Part shown: in pieces, positions 30,104-40,392 of the stretch
Layout: each line of letters starts with the position of its first letter
How positions within the stretch are numbered: the stretch's first letter is position 1
Assembly: GCA_046154735.1 (NCBI GenBank)
Contig: JBJXFJ010000245.1
Location: forward strand, 1 to 55,717
Direction: 5' to 3'
Length of the DNA stretch: 55,717 bases
Source of the DNA: Chloroflexota bacterium
Lineage (GTDB): Bacteria; Chloroflexota; UBA6077; JACCZL01
Position numbers and translations under genes: made by a program
The notes under the pieces: generated by a model
Database searches by the model: none
The model's input: the letters and a program-made list of their open reading frames with translations, nothing else
Told to the model about the DNA's origin: nothing

Positions 30104-30623
30104 CCGATTGGCGCCCAATATCGTTCTGATCGGGCTAAGCGGCAGTGGCAAATCCACTGTTGCCCAGCACCTCGCCAGGTGCCTTGGCTGGAAGCCGATT
30201 GACCTCGACAGCCAAATTGAGAATGCCGAGCGAGCTCCCATCACGGAGATTTTTGCCCGAAGGGGAGAAGCTGAATTCCGGCGCATTGAATCAGAATCTA
30301 TTGCTACGGCGATGAATGGCGAGCATCAGGTGATCGCCACTGGCGGCGGCGCGATTTTGCTCGACGAGAATCGTGAGCGGCTCTGGGCACGCGGTTTTGT
30401 CGTTTATTTGCGTTCATCGGCTGAAACGTTGGTGAGCCGACTCACTGAGCAAGGCTCGGATGAGCGGCCGCTCTTGCGAGGCGACCTACAGCAGCGGCTT
30501 GCCTCGCTACTTGAATCTCGATGTCGATATTATGAAGAGGCTCACGCCGTGATCGATACCGATGGCATGAGCCCCGCGGATCTCGCGGAGCGGATCGTTG
30601 GGGCATATGGACAATCACACTGA
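30072..30623 (+). CDS. aroK: Shikimate kinase
   Basis: P-loop GLSGSGKST and the shikimate-kinase core. The start is set to ATG 30072. The track start at 29913 lies deep inside aroC. Confidence 0.88.
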   Translation: MSPRTNPHPYSRLAPNIVLIGLSGSGKSTVAQHLARCLGWKPIDLDSQIENAERAPITEIFARRGEAEFRRIESESIATAMNGEHQVIATGGGAILLDENRERLWARGFVVYLRSSAETLVSRLTEQGSDERPLLRGDLQQRLASLLESRCRYYEEAHAVIDTDGMSPADLAERIVGAYGQSH

Positions 30624-31713
30624 TCACATCATTACCGTTGGTCGGGGCGAGTCAGCCTATCGAGTGCACATCGGCACAGATCTACTTGGTCGCGCGCCAG
30701 AGCTCATGGCCGAAGCCGGGTTAAGAGGCACTCCGCGGATCGTGGCAGACCGGATCGTCTGGAAACTCCATGGCGAGCGGCTGGCAGCAGGTTTCGCTCG
30801 AGACGGACGAGCAATCCCAGTCCTGGAGATTGAAGCGGGCGAGGACCAGAAGCACCTCGGCTCAGTGACCTCAATCTACGATTGGCTGGTCGAACAACGG
30901 GCCGAGCGGAACGATCCTATCCTGGCATTCGGTGGCGGAGTTGTGGGCGACATGGTGGGCTTCGTCGCTGCCACCTATCTTCGTGGCGTGCCCCTCGTTC
31001 AGATACCGACCACGGTGTTGGCACAGGTGGATTCGAGCGTCGGTGGCAAGACGGGCGTTGATCATCCGCGCGGCAAGAACCTCATCGGAGCGTTTTATGA
31101 CGCTCGAGTGGTCATCTCCGATATCGGAACGCTCACCACTCTACCGATCCGGGAGCGACGCGCCGGTCTTGCGGAAGTGGCAAAAATGGCGGCAATTCTG
31201 GATGCCAATCTGTTCCTGAATCTCGAGCGAGAGAGCAGCGCACTGGCCGCAGGTGAACCGGGGCCGCTCACGCGAGCCGTTGCGCGCAGTGTCGAGCTCA
31301 AGGGCGAGGTGGTGACCTCCGACCATACGGAATCCGGCCTGCGAATGATTTTGAACTACGGGCACACCGTGGGGCACGCCATCGAGGCCGCAACAGGCTA
31401 TCAGCGTTTCTTGCATGGGGAGGCAGTGAGCATCGGTATGGAAGCAGCCGCGACGATATCCCAGGCCATTGGCACGTTGTCGGCCGAGGCGGCCGCGCGG
31501 CAACGGTCGCTCCTTGGGGCATTGGGGCTCCCACTACGGTGCGACGTCGCCCCTGACGCCCTCACCCCTGCACTCACCCTTGATAAAAAAAATCGAGCGG
31601 GTCAGATTAGCTGGATTGTACTCTCAGGAATCGGCACGGCCCAGATTCGTGCGGACGTGCCTGAATCGGCTGTGCGGTCGGCTATTTTGCATGTGTGTTC
31701 AAGCAACCGGTGA
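30598..31713 (+). CDS. aroB: 3-dehydroquinate synthase
   Basis: 371-aa ORF with AroB motifs (GGGVVGDMVGFVAATYLRG, NYGHTVGHAIE). Confidence 0.93.
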   Translation: MGHMDNHTDHIITVGRGESAYRVHIGTDLLGRAPELMAEAGLRGTPRIVADRIVWKLHGERLAAGFARDGRAIPVLEIEAGEDQKHLGSVTSIYDWLVEQRAERNDPILAFGGGVVGDMVGFVAATYLRGVPLVQIPTTVLAQVDSSVGGKTGVDHPRGKNLIGAFYDARVVISDIGTLTTLPIRERRAGLAEVAKMAAILDANLFLNLERESSALAAGEPGPLTRAVARSVELKGEVVTSDHTESGLRMILNYGHTVGHAIEAATGYQRFLHGEAVSIGMEAAATISQAIGTLSAEAAARQRSLLGALGLPLRCDVAPDALTPALTLDKKNRAGQISWIVLSGIGTAQIRADVPESAVRSAILHVCSSNR

Positions 31714-31773
31714 GTCAAGGCTTCATGTCGCTCCCCCCTTGCTCGAAGTGCCATATCGGCAGGCTACAAGCAC

Positions 31774-33162
31774 GTGTCGATTGATACGTTCGACCACGAC
31801 GATAGTCAACTTGGTGGACTGCCCCAGGCCATCACCTTCTTCCTGGGTTTTGCATTCTCGATATTCGTGGCCGGTGGTATGTATTCCGGCTGGCTCTTTG
31901 TCTCCAACTATCAGGAGCTAGCCAGCCGAGGCCGTGTGACAGTCTCCGTTCCGGGTGGATCCACCATCGTCTTCCAGCCACCTGAAAGACTGCCCGGAGC
32001 AGTGACCGAGATTGCGCGCCGCGGCCCCGCCCTGCCCTCCCTTCCCGCACTGCCGTCATTGCCCGCGCCCGCAAACATCCTGCCCGAATGGCAGGGTACC
32101 GAGCGCATCAACGTCACACTCCTTGGCGTCGATCAGCGCGATGACGAGCCGCTAAATGGAAGCCGAGCGGATACCGTGCTGCTCCTAAGCATTGATCCCA
32201 TCACGAAAACCGCGGCAATGATCTCATTCCCGCGGGACCTGTGGGTGAGCATACCCGGCTTTTACAATCAGCGGATCAACGTGGCTCATGCGGTGGGCGG
32301 CCCCGAGCTCCTGCAACGCACCCTCGATGCAAATTTCGCCATAAAGTCCAGTTACTTTGCCCGCGTCAGCTTTCGAGGCTTTGAGCAAATCGTCGATACG
32401 GTAGGCGGAGTCATCGTTGATGTGGAACGGCCCATTAAGGACGATGAATACCCAACAGATGATTACGGATACCAGCGGATCTATATCCCCGCGGGCCCGC
32501 AGATTATGGACGGCAAAGTCGCCCTGCAATACGCGCGATCGCGGCATAGCGAGAATGACTTTGGACGCTCTCGTCGTCAGCAGCGGGTGCTCGTCGCTCT
32601 CCGAGATCGCGCTATGCAGGTCAACATGCTGCCCAAGGCCCCGACTCTGATCGGTTTAGCCCAGCAGACAGTTTCAACCAACTTTTCGGCAACGGAGCTC
32701 CTGGCACTGGCCCGATTGGCATCAGAGATTGAACGTGAAAAGATCGTGAATCTGGTGATCGACACGCAGTATGCGGACCCGTTCAGAGGCCCCCAGGGGG
32801 AAGACTTACTGCGCCCGCGCACCCCCGACATTCGACGTGCGATCGATCGCGCGCTGGTCGAATCCGTTGGCAGCCGGACCGACGGCGTTCGTCTCGAGGT
32901 CTTAAACGGCACGCAGCGACAGAACCTCGCAACAACGGTTGGGATCAAGCTACGAGAGAATGGCTACCAAAACGTCCGCGTCGGCTCGGCTGATCGCGCT
33001 GACATCGCGGATAGCTCTATCGTCTATTACAACGGCAAGTCTGAAGCAGCACGTGCTATCGCCTCAGTCCTGCAGCTTCCGGCTAGCTCGGTGCGCTCGG
33101 GGACAGGCGACAGCCAGCTTGATATTCGAGTGGTCCTTGGACGCAACTATATTGGTCCTTGA
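31774..33162 (+). CDS. LytR-CpsA-Psr (LCP) family cell-envelope glycopolymer transferase with LytR_C-like C-terminal domain
   Basis: 462-aa ORF with an N-terminal TM anchor and LCP core motifs (LLGVDQRDD, RADTVLLLSIDP, ISFPRDLWV, R--R-QRV). Confidence 0.85.
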   Translation: MSIDTFDHDDSQLGGLPQAITFFLGFAFSIFVAGGMYSGWLFVSNYQELASRGRVTVSVPGGSTIVFQPPERLPGAVTEIARRGPALPSLPALPSLPAPANILPEWQGTERINVTLLGVDQRDDEPLNGSRADTVLLLSIDPITKTAAMISFPRDLWVSIPGFYNQRINVAHAVGGPELLQRTLDANFAIKSSYFARVSFRGFEQIVDTVGGVIVDVERPIKDDEYPTDDYGYQRIYIPAGPQIMDGKVALQYARSRHSENDFGRSRRQQRVLVALRDRAMQVNMLPKAPTLIGLAQQTVSTNFSATELLALARLASEIEREKIVNLVIDTQYADPFRGPQGEDLLRPRTPDIRRAIDRALVESVGSRTDGVRLEVLNGTQRQNLATTVGIKLRENGYQNVRVGSADRADIADSSIVYYNGKSEAARAIASVLQLPASSVRSGTGDSQLDIRVVLGRNYIGP

Positions 33163-33204
33163 GATACGACTGAGTCCGCGGTGCAGAAATCGGTCGGCCG
33201 TCGA

Positions 33205-34152
33205 TCAAGCGACGACGCGGATCACTGCAACCAGCGTCACCAGCTCGATGACGATCGTGCTCACGGCCAGCAGGCGGGCCACGCCGCGTTCATTCCCATA
33301 GACCACTGCGCCGATCACGGCGTTGATCAGCAAGATGCCTCCACCAACCGCCGGGAAGCGAAAGACATCAGCCTTCGGAGCGATGAAATTCGGGTTCGCC
33401 AGCGCATCAAAGTGGATCGGCATCACATCTGGAAGCGATGCAAAGCGCGCCATGATCCAGGCAATCATCGTGGCCACAATCAGCAGAGACACAATCCCTG
33501 CACCCAGCATCACCGCGTCGCGCGGGACAGCTTGGAGACCTGGACGGAGGGCTGCCCGTTTGGCCTCGTGCTCTGGGACGCTGGCTTCAGCCGACTCAAT
33601 GAGCTGTTGCCGAAATTCATTAATACTTGAGGGCGACAAAGCGTAACTCGTCGTACCCGTGAGCACCAGAATAATATCGTCAGGTCGCCCACTCGTCGCG
33701 TAGATACGGATGGAGCCGAGCGCCCGGGAGCGACTCACGCCCACCCTGTATCCAGGCAGGTCGAGACCGCGGACGCGGAGCGGGCCGAGCCGTCCTCCGC
33801 CGAGAATTCCATCGATCTGACCGTAAGGGACCCGTTCCTCGCGATCGAGCCAGGTGATGACGAGCGCATCTGGCTCCAGGGAGTAACGCAGCGTGAAGTA
33901 GCCCAGGGCGGCCACCGCGACAGCCCCGCCAAGACTCAGTGCCAGAGCGCCAATAAGTAGTCCAAAGAACATGCCCAACCCAACGTCTTGCCGGGTAGCA
34001 AGCCAGAAGACAACCGCGCTGAGAATCAGCCCCGAAGCAGCGATGACAGCGAGTAACCGCCCGGCGTTGGATGGTCGAGGAAACCAGACCAGCGCCATCG
34101 GTCCAGGAGTAGCATTAGCATCGCTAAGTGAAGCAGCCGTCATCAATAGCAA
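33205..34152 (-). CDS. Integral membrane protein with bacterial PH-like (DUF304/YdbS-type) and DUF1648/SdpI-like segments
   Basis: 315-aa ORF with several TM segments. The central stretch LRYSLEPDALVITWLDREERVPYGQIDGI resembles bPH domains, and the C-terminal MPIHFDALANPN resembles DUF1648. The assignment rests on recalled family patterns only. Confidence 0.55.
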   Translation of the reverse strand: MLLMTAASLSDANATPGPMALVWFPRPSNAGRLLAVIAASGLILSAVVFWLATRQDVGLGMFFGLLIGALALSLGGAVAVAALGYFTLRYSLEPDALVITWLDREERVPYGQIDGILGGGRLGPLRVRGLDLPGYRVGVSRSRALGSIRIYATSGRPDDIILVLTGTTSYALSPSSINEFRQQLIESAEASVPEHEAKRAALRPGLQAVPRDAVMLGAGIVSLLIVATMIAWIMARFASLPDVMPIHFDALANPNFIAPKADVFRFPAVGGGILLINAVIGAVVYGNERGVARLLAVSTIVIELVTLVAVIRVVA

Positions 34153-34291
34153 AGGGGCTCAGGAAGCACCGAACAAGTTAAATCTTACCACGATCTCCCT
34201 CAAGCAATTGCACCAACCCTTGAGTGGGATGCGAGCGAAACGCGTGCGCGCACGCAACTCTTGAGTTGGTACTATTCTCGCTCTCACCAGG

Positions 34292-35461
34292 ATGGGCTCT
34301 TCCTTGAAGATTGCGCTAAACGCACTGCTCCTGTCACAGTCCGCATCGTACCGAACCGCGGGAATAAGTCAGTACATCTACGAGCTCCTTGTCAACCTCC
34401 GCCTTCGCCCTCCCGAGCACACGTACGAGGCATTCCTTGCCTCAGTGCCGGATGATCTGAAGCTGTCTCTGACGCCCAATTTCCAATGTACCGCTGTGGG
34501 GGCGCAGTTCGGCAGGCCCGCTCGACGAATTCTGTGGGAACAGATCATCCAGCCGTTTTATCTTGCGAAGTGCGCGCCAGACCTCACCCATGCGCTTGGC
34601 TATGCCCTGCCTCTGACCTGGACGGGGCCGTCAGTCATGACCATCTGTGATCTCAGCTTCATCCGCTATCCACAGTTGTTTAATCGATCCAATGCGATCT
34701 ATCTCGCGACAATCGCACGGATATCCGCGCGCCGGGCAACCCATGTGGCCACAATCTCAGAAAGCACGCGCAGGGACGTTGTGAACCTTCTCGGAGTTGA
34801 TCCAGCCCGAGTGACCACCACCTTTTGTGGTGTCTCGAGTCAGTTTCAACCAGCGACACCACGCGACGTTGAGGCCTTCAAGCAGCGGGTGGGGCTGCCG
34901 CCCCAGTTCCTCCTATACGTTGGCACCATTGAACCCCGGAAAAACGTGGCTGGCTTGGTGCGCGCCTACGCCGCATATCGGAAAACGAGCCCTGCTCCGT
35001 TGCCGCTCGTACTTGCGGGTGGACGCGGTTGGAAGGATCAAGAAGTATTTGATCTCGTTGCCAGCCTCGACCTGCGCCAGCACATACGCTTTCCGGGCTA
35101 TGTTCCAGCGATAGACCTGCCCCTCTGGTATAGTGCCGCAACCGCGTTCGTCTACCCCTCATACTATGAAGGGTTCGGCTTACCCGTGGCTGAAGCGATG
35201 GCCTGCGGCACCCCCGTGATCACCACGCGTGTTTCATCGTTGCCAGAGGTCGTTGGGGATGCCGGCATACTGGTGGATCCAGATGACGATACCGGTCTTA
35301 CCGCGGCACTTGCGCGCATCAGTTCAGACTCGGAGCTGCGGAGTACACTATCATTGGCGGGCCAGGCGAGAGTAGCACGGTTTCGATGGGATCAGATGGC
35401 TGCGGAAACTGCCGCCCTCTATGAACGAGTCATCAATGCCCCCGTACGGTCGTCCCGGTGA
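34292..35461 (+). CDS. Glycosyltransferase family 4 (GT-B, retaining)
   Basis: 389-aa ORF with the E-x7-E region [20 protein letters not shown]. Confidence 0.85.
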   Translation: MGSSLKIALNALLLSQSASYRTAGISQYIYELLVNLRLRPPEHTYEAFLASVPDDLKLSLTPNFQCTAVGAQFGRPARRILWEQIIQPFYLAKCAPDLTHALGYALPLTWTGPSVMTICDLSFIRYPQLFNRSNAIYLATIARISARRATHVATISESTRRDVVNLLGVDPARVTTTFCGVSSQFQPATPRDVEAFKQRVGLPPQFLLYVGTIEPRKNVAGLVRAYAAYRKTSPAPLPLVLAGGRGWKDQEVFDLVASLDLRQHIRFPGYVPAIDLPLWYSAATAFVYPSYYEGFGLPVAEAMACGTPVITTRVSSLPEVVGDAGILVDPDDDTGLTAALARISSDSELRSTLSLAGQARVARFRWDQMAAETAALYERVINAPVRSSR

Positions 35462-36975
35462 GTGATACCCCTAACCACATGATCGAAGCACCGGTCGCGC
35501 TGGCGACAACGGCAGATCCGCGGATCAATCATCAAGGGCGGGCCGACAGCGAGCAGCAGCACGCGCGCTGGCGGGTATTGATTCCAGCCACTCAATTCGT
35601 TCTGGACTTTGCGGCCATTAGTATGGCGTTTTATGTCGCCTGGTATCTACGTTACGTCATGCAGTTGGGCGGTGACGTTGAACCGGAAGATTACGTAGCC
35701 TATGCGATCTACGCGCCTCTCCAGCTCGTCCTTGCGCTGATCCTACCGCTGCAATTCCAGTTGGCCGGCCTTTACCGCCTCCCTATGGCCTCAATTGTCG
35801 AGATCGGCGCGGCGGTCATTAGGTCAACTGCCCTAGGCGTGATGATGCTACTCGCGGGCACGGCCATGCTGCGATACCCAGCCTCATCACGATTGACCTT
35901 TGTGTATGTGTGGGCCGTAAGCAGCCTTGCAGTGCTCTTGGGCCGAGCACTAGTCAGTGCAATCGCGAGTGAGCTCCATCGCCGTGGCATCGCGGTTGAG
36001 CGAGTCCTCGTTGTGGGGGATAGTCACCGAGGCCGCATGATCATGCAGGGCTTAGCCGCCCAGCGTGATCGTGGATATCAAGTTGTCGGCTTTCTCAGCG
36101 AGAGCGGCGGAAGCGACTTTGGCCGCTTTCGAGCACTCGGTACGATTGCCGAGCTCAAGGGGGTCGTTGAGAGCCACAATGTCACCCAGGTCATCGTGGC
36201 GTTGCCCCCCGAGCTGCACGCGGAAGTCCTCCAAACACTAGACCAGTGTCGGACGCGCGGCCTCACACTGAAAGTTGTTCCCGACCTCTATGAAATGCGT
36301 CTAAGCCGAGTTGACACCGATACGGTCTGGGGCATTCCGCTCATTGGCTTGCGGGAGGTCTCAATCCAGGGATGGAATCGAGTGGTCAAGCGCGCCATGG
36401 ACGTCGTCATCTCACTCGGGGCGCTGCTGGCGCTGTCGCCCATTCTGGCCATGATTGCTATCGTAATTAAACTCGAGTCGCCTAATGGACCGGTTATATT
36501 TCGGCAGCCTCGGATTGGGAAAGATGGCATTCCCTTCACTATGTTCAAGTTCCGCTCCATGCGACCGAATGCTGCCGCCGAGCGATCTGCTCTTGAAGCC
36601 CAGAATGAGGCCGTAGGGCCGTTATTCAAGATCCGAGACGACCCGCGATTGACGCGCGTCGGCCGCTTCATTCGACGCTTCTCCATTGATGAGATTCCCC
36701 AGCTGCTGAACGTACTGCGCGGTGATATGAGCCTCGTTGGCCCGCGGCCACCCATTCCGTCCGAAGTTGCCGAATATGAGCCCTGGCATATGAAACGCCT
36801 GGCAGTCTCGCCAGGCATGACCGGTCTCTGGCAGGTAAGCGGACGGAGCGAGCTGGACTTCGATGAAATGGTGATGTACGACATTTACTACATTGAGCAT
36901 TGGTCGCTCTCATTGGATTTTCGAATCTTCTTGCGAACGGTACCCACGGTGCTCAGTGGCGGAGGCGCCTTCTAG
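35458..36975 (+). CDS. Polyprenyl-phosphate sugar phosphotransferase (WbaP/EpsL-type priming bacterial sugar transferase)
   Basis: 505-aa ORF with an N-terminal multi-TM region, a central Rossmann-like region and the C-terminal bacterial sugar transferase domain (KRAMDVV, RIGKDGIPFTMFKFRSM, GDMSLVGPRP). Confidence 0.88.
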   Translation: MSDTPNHMIEAPVALATTADPRINHQGRADSEQQHARWRVLIPATQFVLDFAAISMAFYVAWYLRYVMQLGGDVEPEDYVAYAIYAPLQLVLALILPLQFQLAGLYRLPMASIVEIGAAVIRSTALGVMMLLAGTAMLRYPASSRLTFVYVWAVSSLAVLLGRALVSAIASELHRRGIAVERVLVVGDSHRGRMIMQGLAAQRDRGYQVVGFLSESGGSDFGRFRALGTIAELKGVVESHNVTQVIVALPPELHAEVLQTLDQCRTRGLTLKVVPDLYEMRLSRVDTDTVWGIPLIGLREVSIQGWNRVVKRAMDVVISLGALLALSPILAMIAIVIKLESPNGPVIFRQPRIGKDGIPFTMFKFRSMRPNAAAERSALEAQNEAVGPLFKIRDDPRLTRVGRFIRRFSIDEIPQLLNVLRGDMSLVGPRPPIPSEVAEYEPWHMKRLAVSPGMTGLWQVSGRSELDFDEMVMYDIYYIEHWSLSLDFRIFLRTVPTVLSGGGAF

Positions 36976-36981
36976 CCGCTC

Positions 36982-38112
36982 ATGCGTGTTGCACTTGTTC
37001 ACGACTACCTCAATCAGTACGGCGGAGCCGAGCGCGTGCTCGAGGTCATGCATGACCTTTTTCCCCAAGCTCCGATCTTCACCTCGATCTTTGACCCACA
37101 AGCAATGCCCCCCAGCTATGCCACGATGGATATCCGCACATCGTTCATGCAGAGGCTGCCTGGTGTCATGTCACGCCATCAAAGCTACCTCCCCTTCTAT
37201 CCACTAGTTTTTGAGAACTTCGATCTGTCAGGTTATGACGTTGTGATATCCAATAGCAGCGCATGGGCCAAATCCGTGATCACCGACCCTGAATCGCTCC
37301 ATATCTGCTACTGCCTTACCCCCATGCGCTGGGCTTGGCGATATCATGATTATGTAAACCGAGAACGACTCGGGGGCCTGGCCAGGATCGCTCTCCCCCC
37401 GGTCATGAACTATTTGCGTGTCTGGGATGTCGCCGCCGCCAATCGCGTGGATGCCTTTGTGGCGATCTCCCGCGCTGTTGCTGACCGAATTCGTAAGTTC
37501 TATCGGCGCGATGCATCAATTCTCTATCCCCCTGTTGATACAGAAGCTTTCCACCCCACCGGGACATCGGACAACTTCTTCCTCGTAGCATCGCGTTTGA
37601 TCCCCTATAAGCGCGTGGATCTTGTAGTCGAGGCTTTCAATCAGCTTGGACTACCGCTGAAAATTGTGGGTGACGGACGCGACCGAGCCGACCTTCAGTC
37701 GCGCGCGCAAAACAACATCGAGTTCATGGGGCGTGTGCCAGATGCCGAGTTGCGCGAACTGTATGCTCGGTGCCGGGGATTCATCTTTCCCGGGGAGGAG
37801 GACTTTGGAATTGCGCCAGTGGAGGCGCAGGCCTGTGGACGCCCTGTTGTTGCTTATGCCGCGGGCGGCGCTCTGGATACAGTCATCGATGGAACAACCG
37901 GTACCTATTTTCATAGGCAAGACCCCACGGCTCTCGCACAAGCAGTGCGAAGACTCGATGAGATAAGCTGGGATAGCCAGGTCATCCGTACAAATGCTGA
38001 GCGATTCAGCCTATCGACCTTTCGGACGAAGCTGTCCGACCTCGTAGTGGACCTCAGCTCCGCCCACCGGCAGAGCGGCTCCGGTGCGGCCCCCGTTGAG
38101 GCATACCGGTAG
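36982..38112 (+). CDS. Glycosyltransferase family 4
   Basis: 376-aa ORF with the E-x7-E region GEEDFGIAPVEAQACGRPVVA. Confidence 0.85.
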   Translation: MRVALVHDYLNQYGGAERVLEVMHDLFPQAPIFTSIFDPQAMPPSYATMDIRTSFMQRLPGVMSRHQSYLPFYPLVFENFDLSGYDVVISNSSAWAKSVITDPESLHICYCLTPMRWAWRYHDYVNRERLGGLARIALPPVMNYLRVWDVAAANRVDAFVAISRAVADRIRKFYRRDASILYPPVDTEAFHPTGTSDNFFLVASRLIPYKRVDLVVEAFNQLGLPLKIVGDGRDRADLQSRAQNNIEFMGRVPDAELRELYARCRGFIFPGEEDFGIAPVEAQACGRPVVAYAAGGALDTVIDGTTGTYFHRQDPTALAQAVRRLDEISWDSQVIRTNAERFSLSTFRTKLSDLVVDLSSAHRQSGSGAAPVEAYR

Positions 38113-38167
38113 GCGATTGTTCGTCACTACCGCATGTCGTTTATAGTTCCGCGTCCCCGGAATAGGA

Positions 38168-38863
38168 TTGTGCCCCTTGGAGCTTTCACACTACGCCTCC
38201 GTCATTCGTCGTCGATGGTGGCTTATCGCCACGATAACGGCTCTATCTTTCGCGGCTGCTAGCCTGGCGGCCTGGAGAGGCCCATGTGCCTATCAGGCAA
38301 GCATGCGCATGGCCGTCAGTGTCATCCCTGAGCCCCGACGCGAGGCCTACTACGGCTATGACAATTACTACCCATGGCTCGCCTCTGAATACCTTGCTGA
38401 TGATTTGAGTGAGCTCGTCCGAAGCCAGGCGTTCGCCGAAGACGTCAGCGCTGAGCTCGGTTTTCTGGTTGACCCGGCCACGCTTGCCAACGTGGCGCGC
38501 ACGAAAAAGACCCATCGTATGCTTGATCTGAGCATTTGCGGGTCCGATGGACTTACCACCCTGAGCATTGCTGAGGGGTATGAACGGGTGCTGAACTCAA
38601 AACTTGGCGAGTATATGGGGATGCTTCAAGCCAACAATGGATTCGTCCGAATCATCAATCGACCAACTCTGGCCCGAGCCTCTGGGCCGGCCGCGCTGAT
38701 TGGTGAGCTCATCTTACGTACGGCCATTGGGACTCTTCTCGCCATTGGACTCGCGTTCTTGCTGGAATATCTGGATGACCGACTCCGCTCCCGCCGAGAG
38801 GTGGAAGAGCTTCTTCACTGGCCGGTACTGGGAGAAATCCCGGTTCAGCGAGAATCCTCATAG
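38168..38863 (+). CDS. Wzz/PCP-like chain-length determinant (BY-kinase modulator-type), copy 1
   Basis: 231-aa ORF with a TTG start. The Wzz-type N-terminus (LELSHYASVIRRRWWLI) is followed by TM1, about 150 extracytoplasmic residues, TM2 and the tail LEYLDDRLRSRREVEELLHWPVLGEIP. Confidence 0.65.
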   Translation: MCPLELSHYASVIRRRWWLIATITALSFAAASLAAWRGPCAYQASMRMAVSVIPEPRREAYYGYDNYYPWLASEYLADDLSELVRSQAFAEDVSAELGFLVDPATLANVARTKKTHRMLDLSICGSDGLTTLSIAEGYERVLNSKLGEYMGMLQANNGFVRIINRPTLARASGPAALIGELILRTAIGTLLAIGLAFLLEYLDDRLRSRREVEELLHWPVLGEIPVQRESS

Positions 38864-38908
38864 CGATCGGTCATTGTCGAGTGTCAACTGTACCCAGGTG
38901 TTCAGATC

Positions 38909-39664
38909 GTGCCCATGGGTGGAGCAGAAAAACGTAGCATGATTCAGCTTCGACCGTCGGATCTCCTCGATGCATTGCGCCAGTACTGGTGGGTAGTATT
39001 GGTTGCCGGAGTCGCAGCAGCCGCCTTTGCGATGCTGTATGCGCGCATGCAAACGCCAATCTACCGTTCGAGTGTGCGGCTTGAGCTAGCAGGGAGATTC
39101 GACTACGGCGCTCAGCTCACCGTGGAGCGCAGCCTGCGGCCCCTTGCCCAGAGGGTCCGCACGACTGAGGTTGCTCGTGAGGTCGATCAGCGACTCCGAC
39201 TCGACCTCGGTCCGGATCGCTTGCTCGGCAACGTGCGGGCCGAAGCGATTGTGGACAATAGTCAGGTGCTGATTGAGGTTGATGACGCAAATCCAGCACT
39301 GGCCGAACGGCTCGCTCTCGAGTTTGCACGTGTCTTTGAGGAGCAGCATGCCGCCAGGAATCAAGGCGTGCCACAGTCTGAGCGCACCGTTGTATCCATG
39401 CTGGATCGCCCCAGCTCGGCCAATCTCGTCTGGCCGCAACCACGGGCAATTGTCCCGGTGGCGGCGGGACTCGGCCTCCTCTTTGGCTCACTGCTCGCCC
39501 TGATTCTGGCGTATATCAATGACACCATCCGGTCAGCCGAAGATGTGGCCTCACGACTTAATCTCGCGACCCTGGCCACGATCCCAGGTCCTGCCGACGC
39601 CATTGCGCAGCAGCTTCGGTCCGCGGAATCCGGCTCCGTCGCCGCACACGGGAGTCCCACCTGA
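38909..39664 (+). CDS. Wzz/PCP-like chain-length determinant (BY-kinase modulator-type), copy 2
   Basis: 251-aa ORF with the same architecture as copy 1 (LLDALRQYWWVVLV TM1, TM2, tail YINDTIRSAEDVASRLNLATLATIP). The start is uncertain (GTG 38909, ATG 38915 or ATG 38939). Its stop overlaps the kinase ATG by 1 nt. Confidence 0.65.
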   Translation: MPMGGAEKRSMIQLRPSDLLDALRQYWWVVLVAGVAAAAFAMLYARMQTPIYRSSVRLELAGRFDYGAQLTVERSLRPLAQRVRTTEVAREVDQRLRLDLGPDRLLGNVRAEAIVDNSQVLIEVDDANPALAERLALEFARVFEEQHAARNQGVPQSERTVVSMLDRPSSANLVWPQPRAIVPVAAGLGLLFGSLLALILAYINDTIRSAEDVASRLNLATLATIPGPADAIAQQLRSAESGSVAAHGSPT

Positions 39665-40356
39665 TGCCATTGTTTGGAACTAAAACTCAGACACCTGAAA
39701 ATCGCAGACTAGTGACGGCAATTGAACCGCGGTCAGCGGCTGCCGAGGCATACCGCACGCTGCGCACAAACCTCGAGTTCTCTAGTCTGGACTCTCCCTT
39801 ACGGACGATTGTGGTAACGAGTGCGGGTGTCAATGAGGGCAAATCCACGGTTCTCGCCAATCTCGCGGTGGCCTTAGCGGAGTCCGGCAAGACGGTACTC
39901 GTGGTCGATTGTGACTTTCGATCGCCTTCACTCCACACAATCATCGGAGGGCCTCAATCACCCGGATTCACCGACGTGCTTCTGGGTGGAACCGTGGATG
40001 ATGCCATCCACACCACGGCAATATCGGGCCTGAGCCTGATGCCCAGCGGCCCGCTGCCTCCAAACCCCGGGGAGATTCTAGGATCGAACCGATTGGACAA
40101 AGTCTGGGAAGATCTCAAGCAGCGTGCGGACGTTGTGTTAATTGACACGCCGCCCATAGGTCTGGTGTCAGACGCGGCTCAACTGGCCCCCCGCTGCGAC
40201 GGAGTGCTACTTGTCCTGCGAGCAGGGCACACGCGACGCGAGGCGTCGCAGAACGCCAAACGGCAATTGGAGCAGGTTAAAGCGCGCATACTGGGAGTCG
40301 TCTTGAACGACGCGCGGCCATCCACACCCCTTGAACGCTACACCACAAAAAGCTGA
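39664..40356 (+). CDS. CapB/YwqD-type polysaccharide-biosynthesis tyrosine autokinase (BY-kinase) catalytic protein
   Basis: 230-aa ORF with Walker A SAGVNEGKST, Walker A' VLVVDCDFR, Walker B VVLIDTPP and the AEAYRTLRTNLEF motif. Confidence 0.85.
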   Translation: MPLFGTKTQTPENRRLVTAIEPRSAAAEAYRTLRTNLEFSSLDSPLRTIVVTSAGVNEGKSTVLANLAVALAESGKTVLVVDCDFRSPSLHTIIGGPQSPGFTDVLLGGTVDDAIHTTAISGLSLMPSGPLPPNPGEILGSNRLDKVWEDLKQRADVVLIDTPPIGLVSDAAQLAPRCDGVLLVLRAGHTRREASQNAKRQLEQVKARILGVVLNDARPSTPLERYTTKS

Positions 40357-40392
40357 GTGACCCAAGCCATGAACACAGGAGGCTGAGCAGTT

